Positions 54,745-64,000 of a stretch of DNA of 64,000 nucleotides are shown here, in pieces; position 1 is the first letter of the stretch, and each line of letters begins with the position of its first letter. The DNA lies in assembly GCA_965248535.1 (NCBI GenBank), contig CBDFJR010000002.1:1440001-1504000 (forward strand). Reading direction: 5' to 3'. Position numbers and translations under genes: made by a program. Source of the stretch: Phormidesmis sp. GTDB lineage: Bacteria > Cyanobacteriota > Cyanobacteriia > Leptolyngbyales > Leptolyngbyaceae. Below the pieces are notes generated by a model that saw only the letters and a list, made by a program, of their open reading frames with translations, was not told where the DNA came from and did no database searches.

Positions 54745-55359
54745 TCATTTCTGCGCCAATACTCCATTTAAGAAAATATCGGCTAACCCTTCTGCCATTT
54801 CTTTCATCTCACCCGGAGAGCTATTGGGCCCCATGATGGTGTCTTGACTAAAGCCCGCGACCGCAAACATCCCCAAAAACACTCGCGCTATTAACTTTGG
54901 ATTCATCTGACGATAAACGCCCCGATCCATCGCGGTTTGAAAAAAAGCTTCTGCCACATCCGTCATCTTGTTGATCACTTCTAGCTGGATGTGTTCTCGC
55001 AGATCGGGGTGAAACTGCGCTTCCATAAAACAGACTTTGAGCATATCTGCATTTTGGTGTAGGTGCAGCATTCGTCGCCGCATCACCTGAGCCACGGCTT
55101 TATAGCTGCCCATTTCGCTCAACTCAGTCAGCAGATCGGTGAGAATCTCGATCCATCCCTGGGTGGCAATCTCGATCAAAATCGCCTTCTTGTTAGAAAA
55201 GTGGCGAAACAGCGTTCCTTCTGCAACTCCAGCGTGTTCGGCTAGGTCGCGGGTTGTGGTGCCGTCGTAGCCATTGCGCGCAAACAGTTTGAGCGCAGAC
55301 TTGAGAATGCGAGTTCGCGTTTCGGTCTCGGTTTGGGGGGGGCGATTCAGGATTGACAT
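54745..55359 (-). CDS. TetR-family transcriptional regulator
   Basis: RILKSALKLFARNGYDGTTTRDLAEHAGVAEGTLFRHF HTH. Confidence 0.93.
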   Translation of the reverse strand: MSILNRPPQTETETRTRILKSALKLFARNGYDGTTTRDLAEHAGVAEGTLFRHFSNKKAILIEIATQGWIEILTDLLTELSEMGSYKAVAQVMRRRMLHLHQNADMLKVCFMEAQFHPDLREHIQLEVINKMTDVAEAFFQTAMDRGVYRQMNPKLIARVFLGMFAVAGFSQDTIMGPNSSPGEMKEMAEGLADIFLNGVLAQK

Positions 55360-55456
55360 AGATAATTAGCGGGCACGATCGCACTAAAAAAGCCTGTGAT
55401 TTTATTTTGCGGGTTAAATCCCACGATCGGGCTGAGTGTTATGGAGTCTATAGATT

Positions 55457-57157
55457 CTATCGTCGCTTCCACCAAACGATGCCTGCGCTAGTCAATCCTA
55501 AAAGCGGAACGGCCACCAGTGCAATGAATCCTAAAACGCTAGCTTGCTCGTTGGTGAGGGTGATGCGGCGATTCTTTAAATCTTTGGGTCGAATCGATAG
55601 GGGTTGCTGATCTTGCTGGCTCAGCCAGCTAACTGAGTTGACAAACACATCGCCGTTTAGATATTGGCCAAACAATCCATCAGTGGCAAAGGTGGAGTTG
55701 CCGAAGACGACGAGCCGAGATTCTTTAGCGCCTGCAACCAAGGGCGGAGCAGAGGGCGTTGGACTTGGGGATCTGGCGATCGTCGGATTGGCAGAAGGCG
55801 TAACCGAGGCTTGAGGAGACGGGCTAACCGACGGTGATGGACTCGGAGCCGAAGGCGTGACTTGGCGGCTAAAGGCTGCCCCGATGGCGATCGGTCCGGG
55901 GCGATCGCCGCCATCCAATTTGAGCGGCTGCTCTTTGAGGTTGCTTTCTGCCCAGCTATTGGGGTCGGTCAGAAGTAGCGGCGTAGACTGCACTCCCGGC
56001 ACTGGCGTGATTTCTAAGGGTCGCGCTAAGGGATAGATAGAATTGCTGTTGCGAAAATCTTTGGTGATGGGATGGTCGCCATATTGCGCGATCACAACGG
56101 CGGTCGGCCCCTTGCCGCGCACCTGACGATCGGAGGCGTTAATCACCACACGATCATCCAATTTAACGCCCCAGAGATTGAGCAAGTTATCAAATCCCGA
56201 TTTAATCGTGGGGTCAACGGCGACAAGCAGATTTCCGCCTTGATTGAGATAGTCTTGCAGCACTTTGGTTTCTGCTTCTGGCACGGGGCGAACCGGGCCG
56301 ACGATGATTATTGCCACTGCATCGGCCGGGACTTTTCCGGTCAGCCCCAAATTGAGCGGCTCATCGACAAAATTCTTATCTTTGAGAGCTTGGGCAGCTT
56401 GGGAGATAGCCCCTTGACCTGCGTCGAGCGATCGCTCTCCGTGCCCTTGCAGAAAATAGAGTTTAGAACGGCGATCGCTGGTGAGTTGCAGAATCCCGCT
56501 CGTGATCCGGTTTTCAGATAAGCGAGTTTGGGGGCTGATGCTCTGCACAAATTGTCTGCGCTTGCTTGACTGTAACTCTAGATAGACATCGCGGTTCTCG
56601 CCACTGTTTTTAATGCCAAAAGAATTTGCTAAACCGGGATTTGCTTCGGGGTCAATAAATTCAAATAAGAACTTGGGATTTTGTCGCTGATAGTTCTCTA
56701 ACAAATCGCGATCTTGAGAATTTTGTTGACTGTCAAAAATCCACACTTTTACCGCTTGGGGCAACTCGCGCACCACTTGCTGCGACTCTGGCGAAAGCGT
56801 AAATAGCTGCCCTTCGGTTAAATCAATTCTCGTCGGGTGACGGCTGACTAAAAAGTTGAGTAGCCCCAAAATCACGAAAACGGCGATCGTGCTAACCAAT
56901 GCATTCGTGCTGACCTGCGTCGATCGACGGTTCCAAAATTGTGGCTGCTGAGAGTTGCTGCCGCGTCCTAAAAACACCACCCATAGCCCGATAATGACGA
57001 TGCCACTGATGATCAGCGCTAGCGGAATCGAAGTCCAGCCGCCCGAAACGACTCCGGCTGAGATGCCCATAATCGTCAGCAGCGGCCCTGACCAAAACAG
57101 ATATCTCCAGTAGTGCAAAAGGTTTAGACGGGGCGGCGAGGTCTTCATAAAAATCAC
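55457..57157 (-). CDS. GldG-like ABC transporter auxiliary component
   Basis: DLTEGQLFTLS, YFLQGHGE and YGDHPIT motifs; Pro/Ser-rich linker; terminal TM WWKRR. Confidence 0.85.
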   Translation of the reverse strand: MIFMKTSPPRLNLLHYWRYLFWSGPLLTIMGISAGVVSGGWTSIPLALIISGIVIIGLWVVFLGRGSNSQQPQFWNRRSTQVSTNALVSTIAVFVILGLLNFLVSRHPTRIDLTEGQLFTLSPESQQVVRELPQAVKVWIFDSQQNSQDRDLLENYQRQNPKFLFEFIDPEANPGLANSFGIKNSGENRDVYLELQSSKRRQFVQSISPQTRLSENRITSGILQLTSDRRSKLYFLQGHGERSLDAGQGAISQAAQALKDKNFVDEPLNLGLTGKVPADAVAIIIVGPVRPVPEAETKVLQDYLNQGGNLLVAVDPTIKSGFDNLLNLWGVKLDDRVVINASDRQVRGKGPTAVVIAQYGDHPITKDFRNSNSIYPLARPLEITPVPGVQSTPLLLTDPNSWAESNLKEQPLKLDGGDRPGPIAIGAAFSRQVTPSAPSPSPSVSPSPQASVTPSANPTIARSPSPTPSAPPLVAGAKESRLVVFGNSTFATDGLFGQYLNGDVFVNSVSWLSQQDQQPLSIRPKDLKNRRITLTNEQASVLGFIALVAVPLLGLTSAGIVWWKRR

Positions 57158-57957
57158 TAAGAACGTTGAAATCGCAATGCGTCGATCGATTGGGCTGTAA
57201 GAAAAATTCCTAGAAAAATATAGCTAGCAAACAACACTAAACTACTGGTGTCAACTACGCCTTGGACTAAGTTAGTGTAATGCTTGAGCAACGATAAATT
57301 GAATAGCGCATCTCCAACAATGCCGCCGAAGTTTTTGGCTAATTCACTCACAATCCATAAACACAGCACTAATGCAAAGGTGAGAATTGCTGCCAAGATT
57401 GTGCTATCAGTTAGCGAAGAAATGAACATTCCAAGCGAGAGCACTGAAGCCGCTAACAAAATTAATCCTGCATGACCTAAAAGAATCACGCTGAGTTGAA
57501 CGGGAGGGCTTACGCCATTGAGCGCGATCGCTTCATATAACAGCAATGGCAGCGACATGGTGATGAAAAAAGTTAGAACTCCTAAGAGTTTCCCGATCGC
57601 GACCGCCCAATTTGTGATCGGAGACGTAGCTAATAATTCTAAAGTGCCACGTTTGCGTTCGTCGGCGTAAAGCCCCATTGATAAAATCGGCAACACAAAC
57701 AGCGACAGCGACCCCATCACGCCTAAATATGTGCGGAGTAACTCATAGGGCACATCGATCGGCGGAATCGGAACCCCCGATTGAGCTTGCACATCCACAA
57801 AGTTGCCCTGATCGATTACTCCATCAAAGGCAGCTTTAAAGAGAATGCCTGCCAAAATCCAGTAGACGGTGGCGATCGCGTAGGCCAACGGGGAAGCAAA
57901 ATAGCTTTGCAGTTCTCGTCGATAGATCGCTAAAAAGTTATACGCCAGTAGTTTCAT
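57157..57957 (-). CDS. ABC-2 type permease (GldF-like)
   Basis: RRELQSYFASPLAY and DERKRGTLELLATSP motifs. Confidence 0.88.
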   Translation of the reverse strand: MKLLAYNFLAIYRRELQSYFASPLAYAIATVYWILAGILFKAAFDGVIDQGNFVDVQAQSGVPIPPIDVPYELLRTYLGVMGSLSLFVLPILSMGLYADERKRGTLELLATSPITNWAVAIGKLLGVLTFFITMSLPLLLYEAIALNGVSPPVQLSVILLGHAGLILLAASVLSLGMFISSLTDSTILAAILTFALVLCLWIVSELAKNFGGIVGDALFNLSLLKHYTNLVQGVVDTSSLVLFASYIFLGIFLTAQSIDALRFQRS

Positions 57958-58958
57958 TCAGGAGTCTCCTCAATTGCGGCATCAGACGGTTCGATCGGGT
58001 CGGCAGTCTCGATCGGCGTTTCTTCGGTCGTAAGCTGCAAAAATACGGTTTCTAAACTTGCCTGCACTCGCCGCATCTCATAGAGCTTTAAATGATGACT
58101 CACCAAAGCCGTCACCAGCTCTGAGCCTAGCTCGGTCTCAGCCTCGGAAACGACCTTAATTTTGAGACGATTTTGAGGCAATAAATCCGTCGGCATTGGC
58201 TCGATCGCGTTCACTCCCACCACAGATTGCAAGCACTGCTGCACGGCCGCCAACTCTCCCTCGATTTCTAGCTCATAGCCTGACCCGCCCATCAACTGCG
58301 TCATCAACCGTTCGGGTGTGTTAGTGGCGACCACCTGACCGTGATTGATAATCGCGACGCGGCTGCACGTCATGCTGACTTCGGGCAAAATGTGGGTCGA
58401 GAGAATCACCGTGTGATCGCCCGCCAAGTTTTTAATTAAATTTCGGACTTCGATAATTTGTCGGGGATCAAGGCCGACGGTCGGCTCGTCGAGAATAATC
58501 ACCGGGGGATCGTGCACGATCGCTTGAGCAATGCCGACTCGTTGCCGAAACCCTTTAGACAGTTTGCGAATAATGGTTTTGCGTTTTTCAAGCAGATTGC
58601 ATCGAGTTAAAGCTGACTGAATTCGCTGGGGACGATCGCCCGCATTCACGCCTTTAATCTGAGCCACAAAGCTGAGATAGCCTTCAACCGTCATGTCAGG
58701 ATAGAGCGGCGGCGATTCGGGCAGATAGCCAATGCGTTGCCGCACTGCCATCGAGTTTTCGTGCACCTCAAATCCCGCAACTTTTGCCGTTCCGCTCGTC
58801 GCAGGCAGATAGCCCGACAAAATTCGCATCGTCGTCGTTTTTCCGGCTCCATTTGGCCCCAAAAAGCCGAGAATTTCTCCTGGCTCAACCGAAAACGTGA
58901 CATCGGCGATCGCGGAGGTAGACCCGTAGAGTTTGCTGAGATGTTCGACTTCGATCAT
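57954..58958 (-). CDS. ABC transporter ATP-binding protein (GldA-like)
   Basis: GPNGAGKTT, LSKGFRQR, ILDEPT and LSTH motifs; start placed at MIEVEHL. Confidence 0.93.
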   Translation of the reverse strand: MIEVEHLSKLYGSTSAIADVTFSVEPGEILGFLGPNGAGKTTTMRILSGYLPATSGTAKVAGFEVHENSMAVRQRIGYLPESPPLYPDMTVEGYLSFVAQIKGVNAGDRPQRIQSALTRCNLLEKRKTIIRKLSKGFRQRVGIAQAIVHDPPVIILDEPTVGLDPRQIIEVRNLIKNLAGDHTVILSTHILPEVSMTCSRVAIINHGQVVATNTPERLMTQLMGGSGYELEIEGELAAVQQCLQSVVGVNAIEPMPTDLLPQNRLKIKVVSEAETELGSELVTALVSHHLKLYEMRRVQASLETVFLQLTTEETPIETADPIEPSDAAIEETPE

Positions 58959-59079
58959 GAGGGTGCGCCTTGGGGAGATTGCCCGTGCAGTCTGGCAGAA
59001 TAGCAGACTTTGGCGGTCACTGGGCAAAAAGTTAACATCCCGATCACGACGTTGAGCAAAACTGAGTTGTTGCCAAGCT

Positions 59080-59787
59080 CTAGCGCTTTCTGTAGGTTGC
59101 TGCTTGAATAAATGCCCGAAATAATCGCTGATGAGCGGGGTCTTGAGCCGACATTTCGGGGTGCCACTGGAGGGCAAACATCCACGGATGATATTGGTGC
59201 TCGATCGCTTCGATCAGTCCGTCGGGCGCTTTGGCCGCAATCTTCCATTCGATGGGCAAATTTCGCACAGATTGGTGATGCCAGGTGACGATCGTGGCGT
59301 GAGCAGTCCCCAAAATCTCCGCCAATCGGCTTTCGGGCAGAATGTCAACCTCGTGCTGAGTCGGGCGACGGGGATGATCGAGCCGATGGGCGATCGCCGT
59401 TCCATAAATCTCTGGCACATGGGCGACCAAATCGCCGCCACTCGCCACATTCAGCATTTGCATTCCCCGACAGATGCCCAGAGTTGGGATCGAAGTCGCG
59501 ATCGCCAGTTTTGCCAGGGCAAACTCAAACTCGTCACGATCGGGGTCAACCGAATAGATCGTTGGGTGAGGCAAGCCGCCATAGAGCGTCGGACTGATGT
59601 CACCGCCGCCGGGCAAGATCAAGCCATCTAGTAGTCTGAGAATCTGGCTGGGGTCGGTTTGATTAGGCGGCAGCAAAATCGGAGTACCGCCCGCCGCTTG
59701 CACGGCATCGACATAGGTTCCGGGCAAGCAAAGTTCGCCTGCCTCATTGCGGCTGTGGTTAGGGATTCCAATAATCGGCGAAGCCAT
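59080..59787 (-). CDS. Peptidase C26 / gamma-glutamyl-GABA hydrolase family
   Basis: GLILPGGGDI, LGICRGMQ, HHQS and QWHPE motifs. Confidence 0.9.
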   Translation of the reverse strand: MASPIIGIPNHSRNEAGELCLPGTYVDAVQAAGGTPILLPPNQTDPSQILRLLDGLILPGGGDISPTLYGGLPHPTIYSVDPDRDEFEFALAKLAIATSIPTLGICRGMQMLNVASGGDLVAHVPEIYGTAIAHRLDHPRRPTQHEVDILPESRLAEILGTAHATIVTWHHQSVRNLPIEWKIAAKAPDGLIEAIEHQYHPWMFALQWHPEMSAQDPAHQRLFRAFIQAATYRKR

Positions 59788-59827
59788 GATTGCAGGGTGA
59801 AGAGTCTGATTTCTATTGTGCCCTTAG

Positions 59828-60610
59828 CTAGCTCGATGCGCTTGTGTAAAAACGCAGCGCAAACCGCCAGAAGAATCGGGAGGCTAAGAGGAGGGCGATC
59901 GCTAAGAGAGCGGCCCCGATCGTCCATCCTAAATGGGTTCGTCCTAGCATAACTTCTGAAGGAATCGTGGTCAAAAATGCTACAGGCACCACAAACGTAA
60001 AAAAGAATTGATAGGTCGTTGGATAGGCAGCCATCGGAAATCGCCCCGCTTCGAGCAATCCTCTTAAAACTTCGGTGACGTTATAGATTTTCACAAACCA
60101 GATGCTCGTCGCCCCTAGCATAAACCACAGACTGTAGAGAATCGCCAACCCAAATGCTAGCGGTATCAAACTTAGGAAATAGCTTTGCAGCCCCACTCCT
60201 AGATGAGTGCCCCCATAGATCACCACAATCAGCCCAAAGATTAGATTAGGAAAGCCCCACGGAGACAGGGTATGGGTTGAGAGCCAAAACTGTGAGCTAA
60301 TCGGCTTGAGCAGCACAAAATCTAGCGTTCCGGTTTGCACATGGCGCACAATGCGGTTGAGATTAGGAGCTAAAAACGTCGCCGAAAAGCCCTCTAGCAG
60401 CGTGAACACGCCGACCACAATCAGGGCTTCTTCCCAGCGCCAACCCGCAAAGGTGTAGCCCGTTCGATAGAACAAAAACAATCCAAACAGGCTCCCGGCC
60501 AGTCCGCCTAGACTGGTGAAGGCTGCTACTAAAAAGTTAGTGCGATACTCCAGTTCGGCGGCGATCGAGGTGCCCCAAAACAGCGTTAACAAGTTCCAAT
60601 ATCGCTGCAT
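59828..60610 (-). CDS. ABC-2 family permease (DUF990 type)
   Basis: AELEYRTNF, GTLDFVLLKP and terminal RFYTSASS. Confidence 0.85.
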   Translation of the reverse strand: MQRYWNLLTLFWGTSIAAELEYRTNFLVAAFTSLGGLAGSLFGLFLFYRTGYTFAGWRWEEALIVVGVFTLLEGFSATFLAPNLNRIVRHVQTGTLDFVLLKPISSQFWLSTHTLSPWGFPNLIFGLIVVIYGGTHLGVGLQSYFLSLIPLAFGLAILYSLWFMLGATSIWFVKIYNVTEVLRGLLEAGRFPMAAYPTTYQFFFTFVVPVAFLTTIPSEVMLGRTHLGWTIGAALLAIALLLASRFFWRFALRFYTSASS

Positions 60611-60612
60611 AT

Positions 60613-61401
60613 TTAAGCTCCCATTCCTGAATATTGCTTGAGTCCTTTGCGCCACAGCCACCGATTTAAGCCAAAAAACACCCCGCCCCAAACCAGCATC
60701 ACGAGAAACCCTTGCCCGATATTAGTGGGCAAGCCAACTAAGATGCTGGCCGGAAAATTAACCAAATAGGGAAACGGAGTCCAGAGCGCGATCGTTCTCA
60801 CCACAGGCGGAAATACTTCTAACGGGGCAATCACGCCTGATAAGAATAGATAGAACAAAAACCAAAAATCTTGCAATGAGCTTGCCCGCTCTGTCCAAAA
60901 CGACAGCATCGCAAACGTGTATTGAATCACGAATTGCAGCGCAAACGCTAAAACAGTCGCGATCGAGAACAGCACTAGATTAGTAGAACTCGGCAACCAG
61001 AATGCAGCCGGATATAGTCCAAAGAATAGCCCGATTAATAGAAAAGCAAACGGCAATCGCGCAAACTTTTCGGAAATGTGAGAGATGACGTGATAGAAAG
61101 CAGGGTCGATCGGCTGCATCAATCGAAACGACAATTTGCCCTCGACGACTTCTCGCTCAAACTCCCAAATCACCCACACTACGGTTAATTGTCTGACCAA
61201 AAACACTGCCAAAAAATAGCGGGCAAAGTCCGTGGGAGACAGCCCAAAATTGCCTTGCTGGGCTGCCTGTGTCCACACGCCCATGAGAATGATCGGCAGC
61301 GAGCCAGACAACACCCACAAAATCAGTTCTGCTCGATACTCCACCATATAGGCGTAGTAAACGAGCAGCATTGTTTTGACCACTCTAAAAAGTCGTTTCA
61401 T
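60613..61401 (-). CDS. ABC-2 family permease (DUF990 type)
   Basis: MVEYRAEL, GKLSFRLMQP, LSGVIAPL and terminal GLKQYSGMGA. Confidence 0.85.
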   Translation of the reverse strand: MKRLFRVVKTMLLVYYAYMVEYRAELILWVLSGSLPIILMGVWTQAAQQGNFGLSPTDFARYFLAVFLVRQLTVVWVIWEFEREVVEGKLSFRLMQPIDPAFYHVISHISEKFARLPFAFLLIGLFFGLYPAAFWLPSSTNLVLFSIATVLAFALQFVIQYTFAMLSFWTERASSLQDFWFLFYLFLSGVIAPLEVFPPVVRTIALWTPFPYLVNFPASILVGLPTNIGQGFLVMLVWGGVFFGLNRWLWRKGLKQYSGMGA

Positions 61402-61611
61402 ACTACGTCTGCGCTTAAAGTATTGATGCGCCCCCAGTCTCAATTTTGAAGGACTTTTCTTGAATAGTGGCAGATCTGGGCAGACTAAAACGAGTCATCA
61501 AGATTCTTGAACCGCAAATATCAGGAGTTCTTGAGATGCTGTTCAGATTCAGATTTAAATCACTCTCATGATAAGTTTTTGATGAAGAGAAGTCTGCTAT
61601 CGTTTAGGGCG

Positions 61612-62719
61612 ATGCTAACCAAAAAAACCATTCTCACGGCGCTGTTGGTCTTTGTGCCCATCTCGATCGCTGCCCATTTCCTAGGGTGGGGAGAGCTTAC
61701 TGTTTTTATCACGTCAGGGTTAGCGATCGTGCCGCTTGCCGCCTGGATGGGCACGGCAACCGAAGAACTTTCGGTCGTGTTGGGGGCCTCGATCGGGGGT
61801 CTCTTAAACGCCACCTTTGGCAATGCGACGGAGCTAATTATCGCGCTTATTGCCCTCAAAGCCGGGTTAGTAGATGTCGTGCAAGCCACGATCACTGGCT
61901 CGATCATCGGCAACTTATTGCTCGTGTTGGGCTTTTCGATGCTGCTGGGGGGGCTGCGATACCCAGAACAAGTGTTTCATCAAACGGCGGCCCGGGTTAA
62001 CGCTTCGTCACTAAACCTTGCCGTGATTGCTATTTTGCTACCCACGGCGGCAAATCTGCTGTCAAAGGGCATCTCTCAGCCCACCATGCAGCGTCTTTCA
62101 TGCGCTGTCTCGATCGTGCTGATTTTGGTCTATGGGCTGATGCTGCTGTTTTCAATGCGGACGCACACTCATCTTTATAATCTAGAACTGGCGGCGATCG
62201 AGTGCGTCGAGACTCCAGCCAGTGACAGACTCTCAGCCCGTAGACCACAAGCAGCCCAAAAAGCTGGGATTTTGGATCGGGGTGCTGTTGGGAATCACCG
62301 TTTTGGTGGCGATCGAGTCAGAACTGCTCGTCGGCGCTCTAGAAACTGCCACCGCCCAATTAGGCTTGACCCCTCTCTTTACCGGAGTGGTGTTGCTGCC
62401 GATTATTGGCAACGCCGCCGAGCACGCCACGGCTGTCACCGTTGCCATGAAAAACAAGATGGAGCTTTCGATGGCCGTCGCGGTTGGGTCGAGCTTGCAG
62501 ATCGCGCTGTTTGTGGCCCCGATTTTAGTGTTGGCAGGCCCCGTTTTGGGGCAGCCGATGGATCTGAGTTTCAATCCGTTTGAGTTGGTGGCTGTTGGCG
62601 TTGCCGTGTTGCTGAGTAACTCAACCATCTCAGACGGAAAATCAAACTGGCTCGAAGGAGTCTTGCTTTTGGCAACCTATCTTGTTTTAGGCATCACGTT
62701 TTATTTCTATCCTGCCTGA
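61612..62719 (+). CDS. cax: Ca2+/H+ antiporter; apparent frameshift near 62200-62225
   Basis: GGLLNATFGNATE and GSIIGNLLLVLG (alpha-1); GNAAEHA and GSSLQIALF (alpha-2, ORF 62222-62719). Confidence 0.9.
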
Positions 62720-62744
62720 CCTACAAAAGGAGTCTTGCCGTCTG

Positions 62745-63326
62745 CTAGACCCCACCGGGAATTTCGTGAATCGACAGATGAGCGCCATTGAGGGCAGAAT
62801 CGGCTCGTGTTTGCCATTTGACAAATTGCCCTCGCGTCAAATTGTCAGCAAAAATGCCGACCCGCAGGCTGACTTTTGTGCCCGCAGGCAGCATGAGCGT
62901 GGTGCCTCCTGAAAAGCTAAAGCCTGAATCTTGCAGGTTGCCTTCAGATGAAAGCGGCACTACATATTGTCCGATTCGCAACTCATGGGTGCGAATGCCT
63001 GGGTTTGGGGTTGGCTCTGGTGGAATGCGAATGACAATCGCGCCCATCACGTCGATGGTGAAATTAGGATTGCCGCCGACGATCGAGCCTTGCACATAGG
63101 TCGAGGCAAAAATAATAAACCGTCCGGGTCGCTGAATTACCACTTCTCCAGTTTCAGGGATCAGCGTTAAGACCTGATCGCCAGTCTGATTGCTGGCAAT
63201 TTTGCTCAACCCCAAAATGTTGTAGCGGGTGACTTTGCCCGCGATCGGGTTGAACCATTGGGGCACTTGCACGATCGCATATTCACTCCAGGCTGGCACG
63301 GGCCAGGCTGCACTTTGTTCAACCAA
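62745..63326 (-). CDS. Hypothetical beta-rich protein, possibly C1q/BclA-CTD-like
   Basis: VVIQRPGRFIIFAS, SGGTTLMLPAGTKVSLRV and AHLSIHEI strand pattern; start uncertain. Confidence 0.5.
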   Translation of the reverse strand: MVEQSAAWPVPAWSEYAIVQVPQWFNPIAGKVTRYNILGLSKIASNQTGDQVLTLIPETGEVVIQRPGRFIIFASTYVQGSIVGGNPNFTIDVMGAIVIRIPPEPTPNPGIRTHELRIGQYVVPLSSEGNLQDSGFSFSGGTTLMLPAGTKVSLRVGIFADNLTRGQFVKWQTRADSALNGAHLSIHEIPGGV

Positions 63327-63460
63327 ATCAGGTTTCTCGCAATAACTCTGACTTAGATTTTAGTAGCATTTTGCCCGATCGCTGAAGACAAACCCCGTCA
63401 AGGCCTTTCTGAGCCGATTAGAAGATAAGCTGAGTTGATCCCGTTTCTCAACGCTAAAGA

Positions 63461-64000
63461 ATGGCTGCTTTTTGGCGAAATACTCGATTTTGGCGCTTTG
63501 CCGGACAAGCGATCGCGGTCGTCTTGATCGTCTTCTCTCTGGCATTTTTAGGAAACAATCTGATTCGCAATCTGCAACAACTGGGCATTCAGTTTGGGTT
63601 TAATTTTCTCAAATCTCAGGCTGGGTTCACGATCGGAGATATTCCGTTTGCCTACAAACCGTCTGACAGCTATATTTTGGCGCTGTTGGTGGGGTTGCTC
63701 AACACCTTGAGGGTGATTAGTGTGGGAATGGCGATCGCAACGGCGATCGGAGTCACCGCAGGAATGGCTCGGTTATCGACGAATTGGCTCGTGCAAAAAC
63801 TGGCGCTGATCTATGTCGAAGGGCTGCGAAATATCCCTTTGCTATTGCAGCTTTTTTTCTGGTATTTTGCCGTGTTTTTGAGTTTGCCTAAACCAGAAGA
63901 TGCCATTTCGCTGGGATTTCTCAACGTGAGCAATCGCGGAGTCGGGCTGCTGGGCTTACAGCTTTCACCGGAATTTTCGGCACTGCTAGCGGGGTTGGCT
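63461..64000 (+). CDS. Polar amino-acid ABC transporter permease (AapQ/NatG-like), partial
   Basis: Manual translation MAAFWRNTRFWRFAGQ...GIQFGFNFLKSQAGF...VGLLNTLRV...LRNIPLLLQLFFWYF; open to the window end. Confidence 0.88.
   Translation, partial: MAAFWRNTRFWRFAGQAIAVVLIVFSLAFLGNNLIRNLQQLGIQFGFNFLKSQAGFTIGDIPFAYKPSDSYILALLVGLLNTLRVISVGMAIATAIGVTAGMARLSTNWLVQKLALIYVEGLRNIPLLLQLFFWYFAVFLSLPKPEDAISLGFLNVSNRGVGLLGLQLSPEFSALLAGLA

Noticed and set aside
55750..55865. Pro/Ser-rich repeat-like tract
   Set aside because: Low-complexity linker within the GldG-like protein, not a DNA repeat element.

Overview
Cyanobacterial chromosome segment: the HIP1 octamer GCGATCGC is abundant and the gene content is typical of the phylum. 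Core genes include a cobL / cobG-H-I-J cobalamin cluster with a B12 riboswitch, thrC, coaBC, purH, coaD-cdv3, msrA, a porin, rre1, urease ureDABC, ABC transporters and cax. Accessory material: (1) the right end of an element integrated at tRNA-Met, marked by a duplicated 3' tRNA fragment at 373-417; (2) a self-contained TPR / atypical J-protein / GrpE / Hsp70 / Zn-ribbon-TPR operon; (3) a minimal type III-B CRISPR locus with an HD-less Cas10 (GGDD intact), Cmr3/4/5 and a Cmr6-Cmr1 fusion, but no cas1, cas2, cas6 or CARF gene. It is flanked by two outward-facing arrays whose different repeats share the last 20 nt. Next to it lie two candidate non-canonical effectors, a transmembrane plus degenerate receiver-domain protein and a small PD-(D/E)XK nuclease; this is the best candidate for a poorly described system; (4) two toxin-antitoxin pairs embedded in the urease cluster, an AT-rich acyltransferase islet, MITE/REP-like repeats and an orphan C1q/BclA-like gene. 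Four frameshifts and garbled CRISPR spacers suggest consensus or assembly errors, so apparent pseudogenes should be treated cautiously. Product calls come from motif recognition only; no database search was run.
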